From the IMG/VR virus record IMGVR_UViG_3300035135_002062: DNA of 64,000 bases; one strand, 5' to 3'. Below the pieces are notes generated by a model. It was not told the origin of the DNA. It was given only the letters and a program-made list of their open reading frames with translations, and did not search any database. Source of the stretch: an uncultured virus (IMG/VR IMGVR_UViG_3300035135_002062) (Duplodnaviria > Heunggongvirae > Uroviricota > Caudoviricetes). Position 1 is the stretch's first letter. Every line of letters begins with the position of its first letter. The position numbers were made by a program, and so were the translations under genes. Below, piece after piece: positions 58,174 through 64,000 of the stretch.

Positions 58174-58718
58174 ATAATTAATTTAATGATGTTGTTAACT
58201 GTTTTACCGTTCACCTTCAGTTTGTGATATGGTAAATTATTTTCAATCAAGGTGTTTTCTATTACTTTATCTAAATCCTTTGATTGTTCTAAGTTTTGAT
58301 AACGTTCAATATTATTGTGGTTTCCCCTCCCTCTCTCCAATACAATGTTGATGTTCTCATATTTTTTATGAATCTCCATCAACATATTGTCGAATGTCTC
58401 GTTGTAAAGACTTGCGGGGTATTCATCACCACCATTTTCATTGTAGTATTTTTTATACGTCAATGAAAGTAGGATTGGTGAATCTAAAATTATGAAATCG
58501 ACTTTACCGTAAGATTTTACGATACCCCTATGTTGATTCGCCAACACAAATAATTGATCTTTTATTGCTGAATGATTTTCATCCCAAGCCAATAATTTTG
58601 GGAACTCATAAGGATTATCACAAGTAATGTGTCTTTTTTTCAATTTATAGGTTAGACCCGCAGCAATTGAAGACTTACCAATACCTGGCCCTCCAAAGAG
58701 GTTAATAATTTTAGTCAT
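58170..58718 (-). CDS. P-loop nucleotide kinase-like protein (NadR/AAA_28-like)
   Basis: IINLFGGPGIGKSS, IILDSPILLS. Confidence 0.75.
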   Translation of the reverse strand: MTKIINLFGGPGIGKSSIAAGLTYKLKKRHITCDNPYEFPKLLAWDENHSAIKDQLFVLANQHRGIVKSYGKVDFIILDSPILLSLTYKKYYNENGGDEYPASLYNETFDNMLMEIHKKYENINIVLERGRGNHNNIERYQNLEQSKDLDKVIENTLIENNLPYHKLKVNGKTVNNIIKLII

Positions 58719-58908
58719 TTATCATAATTATTTGTTTTTTTATAATACGTAAAAAATTTAAAATTATCAATGAGATCGTCGATATTGCTCTTTTTAACGA
58801 AAATTCATAACATTTTTTTTTAAAATCGTCTTTTACATTGAGTATTGATGTATTTATTGATATATTAATTTATATTAATCTATTTAAAAAGTAGTATTAC
58901 AGTAAGAA

Positions 58909-59517
58909 ATGGAATTATTAGGAGCGTTTCTAACGGGTGTTGTAGGACCTATACTTTATTTGGTTATTGATCGACATCACAAAAGACAATTAGAGAAAAA
59001 AAGAGATAAAATAAGAGAAAGTGTTGTAAACACAACTCTTATTGAAAATGAATTAGAAGAAATTCGTACAGAGTTTAATTCTGATAGAGCGTGGATAACT
59101 CAATTCCATAACGGAGGAAACTTTTACCCAACAGGTAAATCAATTCAAAAGTTCTCTGTTTTCTACGAAGTAACAAAAGCGGGTGTATCAACTATTTCTC
59201 ATACATTCAATAATATACCCACTTCACTCTACCCCCAAGCATTTAAACATATGTTAGAGAGTGATCAGAAAGGAATCTTCATTCCTGACTATAAAGACCC
59301 TAAAATTGCCACATATGGTCTTAAAGGTGCTGCGGATTCCGTTGGTACCAAATCATCTTATGTGATTCCTTTGTTTTCATTAGATGATAAATTTATCGGT
59401 TCAGTAGGAATCGATTACGTTAGTAAAAAGAAAAAAATTACAAAGGACGATTGGGAACACTTTCAGATTAAAGCGGGTAGGATTTCAGGTTATTTATCCT
59501 CCTATTTAGAAAATTAA
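58909..59517 (+). CDS. N-terminal TM plus GAF-like domain protein (possible T4 gp t-type holin architecture)
   Basis: TM helix; DRAWITQFHNG, GTKSSYVIPLF, FIGSVGIDY. Confidence 0.5.
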   Translation: MELLGAFLTGVVGPILYLVIDRHHKRQLEKKRDKIRESVVNTTLIENELEEIRTEFNSDRAWITQFHNGGNFYPTGKSIQKFSVFYEVTKAGVSTISHTFNNIPTSLYPQAFKHMLESDQKGIFIPDYKDPKIATYGLKGAADSVGTKSSYVIPLFSLDDKFIGSVGIDYVSKKKKITKDDWEHFQIKAGRISGYLSSYLEN

Positions 59518-59601
59518 TTTTTTTTAAGCAACTCAATCGGATTACTCATATTAATTAATATTTATTAGAGTAATCATAAGTAATCAAAAACAAGTATTGA
59601 C

Positions 59602-60828
59602 ATGAAAAAAATAGTTTTACTATTAGTGGTCGCATTATATGCGTTACCCGCAACAGCCCAAGATAAACCCCAAGACAAAAAGAAAGTTTCATTCCTCAAA
59701 GAGTTGTATAGTGACTTCCTCAAATACGGTACAATTTACGGTGCTGGTGATATCAGGAATTCTTACGAACCCGCAAGGAAAGAATATTATGTTAGAACGA
59801 ACGACAATGGTAACATATACAGTATTCCTGTTGTTGTTGATGGGACCGAATATAACCCATTCGATTATAGAATTGGATTTGGTATAAGAAAACTCGCAAG
59901 ATTTGACTATGAAAGAAAACCTGGTAACTTTTGGACAGGTAACTCTGATAGAGAGAGACAAATTGCATTATCCGCACCGACATCAGCGGTACAGGGATTC
60001 GAATACTTACTTCACTGGGAAAAAGAAAGAAACAGAGGTGATGTTTGGACGAATAACAGATATTTCCTCAGACATACAGGGAAATACCATATTGCAAAAT
60101 TAGAAACAAGAAAACAAGGGGCTTTTGATTTTGAGTATCAGTCCGCCGAAGTAAGAGGAAGGTTACCAATCGGTAAAAAATTCTCCTTGTCCGCAGGTGC
60201 AATATTCAGGACTCACCAACGCGCATATGGGTACAACCCGTTTGAAGTATGGGTTAATGAATTAGATGATGATGGTTATCCATTAAACCCTTGGTATACA
60301 CTTGGGTTCCAATATGGGTATGACGACATATATTATACAGAGACCGATGAGAACGGTAATACCGTAACAGACTGGTATTGGATTGACCCTGATGGGAACA
60401 GAGTCGCAGATACTGATTTGGAATTCAGAGATGGTGTCTTCAGAGACCTAATCAATGATTTTAATAATAGTGCATGGGACGAGATAGGTGATTTCGGTTT
60501 GGTTTCACCAATTATCGGTTTTGATTTCTACCACTATGAACCTAAATTTTGGGCACACCTATATGGAAATTGGTTATTACCTTATCATACTTATGTCATG
60601 GGTGATGAAGACTTTTCCTACTTACACAGAAACGGGTGGACCAAACACGGTCATGAAGGTGATCATTGGGAAACAGGTGGTGAACAATGGAATGATTATC
60701 AATTCGGTGGTAATGTTGGATGGAAAGTCGGAAAAAGTTTGGGACTATTTATTGAAGGTGAATATACTAAATTTTGGGATACAGAATTTTTCTATAGTTC
60801 ATTCGGATTAAACTACACATTTAGATAA
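59602..60828 (+). CDS. probable outer-membrane beta-barrel protein
   Basis: Signal peptide, aromatic-rich amphipathic strands, ends FGLNYTFR. Confidence 0.65.
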   Translation: MKKIVLLLVVALYALPATAQDKPQDKKKVSFLKELYSDFLKYGTIYGAGDIRNSYEPARKEYYVRTNDNGNIYSIPVVVDGTEYNPFDYRIGFGIRKLARFDYERKPGNFWTGNSDRERQIALSAPTSAVQGFEYLLHWEKERNRGDVWTNNRYFLRHTGKYHIAKLETRKQGAFDFEYQSAEVRGRLPIGKKFSLSAGAIFRTHQRAYGYNPFEVWVNELDDDGYPLNPWYTLGFQYGYDDIYYTETDENGNTVTDWYWIDPDGNRVADTDLEFRDGVFRDLINDFNNSAWDEIGDFGLVSPIIGFDFYHYEPKFWAHLYGNWLLPYHTYVMGDEDFSYLHRNGWTKHGHEGDHWETGGEQWNDYQFGGNVGWKVGKSLGLFIEGEYTKFWDTEFFYSSFGLNYTFR

Positions 60829-60836
60829 AATTAAAA

Positions 60837-61121
60837 ATGGCAAAACAACTCGGAGAAAACACAAAAATTACGTTAGATCTAAAAACCATAGGTGTGGTTT
60901 TATTCTTCGTTGCAACTGTAATAGGTATGTGGTTTACCCTCCAAAGTGATATCGAAGAGGCTAAGGAGTTACCAAAACCAAATATAACAAGAACAGAATA
61001 CGATCTAAAAGATGAATTAATCAGACAGACGATTATGGACACACAAGAAGATGTAGAGTCTATCTTAGAGGAATTGGAGAAGATTGATTCAAGATTGTAT
61101 GAGTTACAAAAAAATCAATAA
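60837..61121 (+). CDS. single-TM coiled-coil protein
   Basis: IGVVLFFVATVIGMWF followed by a coiled coil. Confidence 0.65.
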   Translation: MAKQLGENTKITLDLKTIGVVLFFVATVIGMWFTLQSDIEEAKELPKPNITRTEYDLKDELIRQTIMDTQEDVESILEELEKIDSRLYELQKNQ

Positions 61122-61122
61122 T

Positions 61123-61527
61123 ATGAAAAAATACATATTAACGTTATTGGTTTTACTAATAACAACCCCCGTTTTTTCACAACAATGGATTCAAGATAGT
61201 AATTTTGAAGACAAAGTACATGAGAATCACCCTTTCGGTGATGACGAAGTAACAATAACTGTAGTGGAATTTTGGGCTGAATTCAATAAGGATAATGAGT
61301 TCAAAGAATGGAAATCACTTAAAGGTGTAACATACTTTAGGTGTAATGTTGAGGAATGTGGTGATGCAAGAAAAAGATATAGGGTGAGAATGGCACCAAC
61401 CCTTTTAATATTTGTAGATGGTGTTTTAGAAGAATCTTTCAAAGCGGGGTTGGATTTAGTACTTCATGATGATCTTGAAGAGATACAAAGAGAAATCGAC
61501 GAATTACGTAAGATGAGTAAATTTTAA
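61123..61527 (+). CDS. secreted thioredoxin-fold protein lacking CxxC
   Basis: VVEFWAEFN (WAxWC degenerate), YRVRMAPTLLIFVDG; signal peptide. Confidence 0.7.
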   Translation: MKKYILTLLVLLITTPVFSQQWIQDSNFEDKVHENHPFGDDEVTITVVEFWAEFNKDNEFKEWKSLKGVTYFRCNVEECGDARKRYRVRMAPTLLIFVDGVLEESFKAGLDLVLHDDLEEIQREIDELRKMSKF

Positions 61528-61558
61528 TTGTTCCTCTTTTCGGTATATTTATAATATT

Positions 61559-61906
61559 ATGAAGAAATATATTTTCACAGAATCACAAATCAAAAATATC
61601 TTAGACAACGTTGTCGAGGAATCTGTTATTTTAGAACAAACTTCTGAAGTAAACGCAAAGAAGGCGATACAATGTTTTTTAAATAAAGTGTTAGGTACTA
61701 ATTTAGAAGTTGATGGTCTTCACGGTGAAGAGACTGAGAAGGCGATTGCAAAATTCCAACAAACTAAAGATTATATTGATATTGACGGTGTGTGGGGATA
61801 CTCAACAGGTAACTCGTTAAATGATAAGGAGAAAACGATAATGAAAGATTGTAGAAAACAACACGGTGATATTATTGACAAATTCCTTATTTGGTTAGGT
61901 CTCTAA
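61559..61906 (+). CDS. peptidoglycan-binding domain protein with virion-type leader
   Basis: MKKYIFTESQI leader; LEVDGLHGEET, IDGVWGYST. Confidence 0.75.
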   Translation: MKKYIFTESQIKNILDNVVEESVILEQTSEVNAKKAIQCFLNKVLGTNLEVDGLHGEETEKAIAKFQQTKDYIDIDGVWGYSTGNSLNDKEKTIMKDCRKQHGDIIDKFLIWLGL

Positions 61907-62469
61907 TCATTCTTTGTTGCTTCGTCAAAGACCCTTACAATTGATTCCAACGAACTATAATCAAAACATTCTGAATAACCACTAAAAGATTCTAATAGTG
62001 GTCTATATTTTTTTATTGACCGTTTCTTTTTTAAGGTGTGTTTAATACTTTCCTCTAATCTTTCAGCCCTCGGAGTGTCAACTCTCCTTAAAATTGATTC
62101 TAAGGTGTATCCATCATATCCATACTCTTTAGAGAATCTCCTCAATATAAATTTCTTAGACGTGATCCCAACCTTTACAAAGGTCACTCCACTTTTCTTT
62201 TCTTTAATTAAAACTAAGTACAATGATTTGGGTAGTTTATCCAATTTCTTTTTCTTCTTCTGTTTTGACACTGATAGTTTTTTAGCTACATATTCTTTAG
62301 CTTTCTCAATTGTTGTGAATGTTTTAGTGTCTCTATATGGATTTGGTATGTATTTTTTAAATCTAGCAACATATAGTGTTTTTCCATTATCTACCTTATA
62401 TTTGGTTTTTCCTTTGAGTTTTACCTCATAGATACTGTAGTAACCTTTTTTAAATAAAAATTTTTCCAT
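61903..62469 (-). CDS. basic protein, GIY-YIG/T5orf172-like nuclease candidate
   Basis: LYLVLI, FVKVGITS, GYSECF. Confidence 0.5.
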   Translation of the reverse strand: MEKFLFKKGYYSIYEVKLKGKTKYKVDNGKTLYVARFKKYIPNPYRDTKTFTTIEKAKEYVAKKLSVSKQKKKKKLDKLPKSLYLVLIKEKKSGVTFVKVGITSKKFILRRFSKEYGYDGYTLESILRRVDTPRAERLEESIKHTLKKKRSIKKYRPLLESFSGYSECFDYSSLESIVRVFDEATKND

Positions 62470-62514
62470 TTATTTTGGTGATATTCTAAATAATACTTAC
62501 TTTTGTAATAAATA

Positions 62515-62868
62515 ATGAGAAATATTATGAATAATATGAAAAAATGTAGTGGTTGTCAACAAGATAAATCAATTACAGAATTCTATAAGAACAAGAGGAT
62601 GCACGATGGTCATAGTATCTATTGTGTTTCATGTACACGAGAAAACTCACAGAAATATCATCAAAGAAAGAAGAATAAGATGAGAATTAATCAAAGTGAG
62701 GAGATCGTTAAGAATATGATGATTAATAATTTAGTTAGTGATCATATGAACCCAAATGCGGAAGTTATCATGAAACTCATTATGACTGAAAAACTACTTC
62801 AAAATGTCATCGAGGAGATACAAAGTATCAAAGTTTCTCTATCTACACAAAACCAAACAATTAGTTAA
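62515..62868 (+). CDS. zinc-finger protein (CxxC...CxxC)
   Basis: KKCSGCQQDKSITEFYKNKRMHDGHSIYCVSC. Confidence 0.7.
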   Translation: MRNIMNNMKKCSGCQQDKSITEFYKNKRMHDGHSIYCVSCTRENSQKYHQRKKNKMRINQSEEIVKNMMINNLVSDHMNPNAEVIMKLIMTEKLLQNVIEEIQSIKVSLSTQNQTIS

Positions 62869-62905
62869 AACCTCTATATTTATATAAGAAACACTTCTTA
62901 TATAA

Positions 62906-64000
62906 ATGGAAATAAGAGATTTAATTTATGACATGTTACTCGAAGAAGTCCAAAACAAGAAACTTCTCGAGAACCTATTCAAGAAATGGCAGGTAGAAAA
63001 CGATAAAATCACATTAGAGGATGTTGAGTTTATCGTTACTAAGTTTAAAGGTGGTAGAGATGTTGAAGGAAACAATATGCCTGCACTCCAAAACAAGTTA
63101 GACCCAAAAAAACCTGAGATCGTCGCTTTCTTAGAAAGATATGATGGTCAATATGGAACTGAAAAGTTCGAAACTAAGAACTTAAAAAATATTACCTCCT
63201 ATTCCTACGCACAAATAAAAAGTTTATTCTTAGACTTTGATATCAACTTAGAGGAAGAAGTTGATGAAGATGACCCATTCTTTGAAAAGGCGGGTGTATC
63301 TAAAGATGATAAAATAAAGGCTTCAAGAGACCTTTGGTTTGGTAATAAGTACCTTGTTTATGACAGTGGTGATGGTTTTAGAATTTATAGACCGAAAAAC
63401 CAAAAAGAAAGTATTCGATTCGGTTATTGGCAGGATTATTTAAGATATAAACATATGCCCAATTCAAGTGCCCGATGGTGTATCACTTGGGACAACTCAA
63501 GTAATATGTGGGCAAAGTACAGATCTGAAGGCGTAACTTACTATATGATTATTGACGAATCTAAGGATGAAAATGACAAATACTTCATAAGTGTTCTCCA
63601 ACCCAAAAAGGACAAAAATCAAACATATCCATTTCTAATCACCAACATGTATAATACGGGTGGTGACAGAAATGTGAGGATGCAGGACGACGACTATGAT
63701 ACCTGTATAACTTGTATATACCCAAAACTTAATGAAAGAGAAGTACAAGAACTCGTCCAACCAGTGGATTTTGACCCACAAAGGGAGTTAAATGTCACGC
63801 AGAACGAGGCGGCAAGAGTGAACGAAAGAGAGGGTCATGAATATGAATTTAGAAGAGTTCGTAGACCATTAAAACTTAGATTTATTCAAAATGGTGGTAT
63901 CTTAAAATCCATAAGATCTTTTGAAGCTATGGATGAAAACCTAATTAGATCGTATTTTGAGATGATCACACCAGGTAACGTCGATGACATGTTCCAATCT
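62906..64000 (+). CDS. large hypothetical protein, runs off the window end
   Basis: Open frame from ATG 62906 (MEIRDLIYDMLLEE...RWCITWDNSSNMWAKY...); TATTTATA at 62877-62884. Confidence 0.75.
   Translation, partial: MEIRDLIYDMLLEEVQNKKLLENLFKKWQVENDKITLEDVEFIVTKFKGGRDVEGNNMPALQNKLDPKKPEIVAFLERYDGQYGTEKFETKNLKNITSYSYAQIKSLFLDFDINLEEEVDEDDPFFEKAGVSKDDKIKASRDLWFGNKYLVYDSGDGFRIYRPKNQKESIRFGYWQDYLRYKHMPNSSARWCITWDNSSNMWAKYRSEGVTYYMIIDESKDENDKYFISVLQPKKDKNQTYPFLITNMYNTGGDRNVRMQDDDYDTCITCIYPKLNEREVQELVQPVDFDPQRELNVTQNEAARVNEREGHEYEFRRVRRPLKLRFIQNGGILKSIRSFEAMDENLIRSYFEMITPGNVDDMFQS

Overview
A 64-kb, AT-rich segment of a large T4-like (myovirus-type) phage genome using the standard genetic code. 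The host is most likely in Bacteroidota, inferred from a Flavobacteria-type bS21, a GE-initiated tmRNA tag, TAnnTTTG promoters and the lack of obvious Shine-Dalgarno motifs. The window holds the head module (terminase, portal, prohead protease, scaffold, major capsid protein) with a ribosomal protein bS21 gene inside it, a gp55-like late sigma factor, probable baseplate and virion genes, and nucleotide metabolism genes (dUTPase end, PhoH, dCMP deaminase, GMP reductase/IMPDH, DUF1599). It also has Hsp20 and an N-domain-less ClpC, an amidase endolysin, four tRNAs, a tmRNA, a CsgG/cohesin/beta-barrel envelope operon and a glycosylation island. The most novel signals are: (1) two intergenic elements 5.1 kb apart (about 28760-28863 and 33830-33951) that are collinear in sequence but carry late promoters on opposite strands, predicting a pair of mutually complementary small RNAs; (2) a putative phage proteolysis circuit (truncated ClpC, UVR-motif proteins sharing its M-domain signature, tmRNA with a long non-canonical tag, ORFs whose stop codons lie inside tRNAs); (3) an ORF bracketed by a boxA-containing 16-bp rRNA-style processing stem; (4) a TATTTAT late promoter often only 4-6 nt from the ATG, implying leaderless mRNAs. 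Product calls come from motif recognition only; no searches were run.
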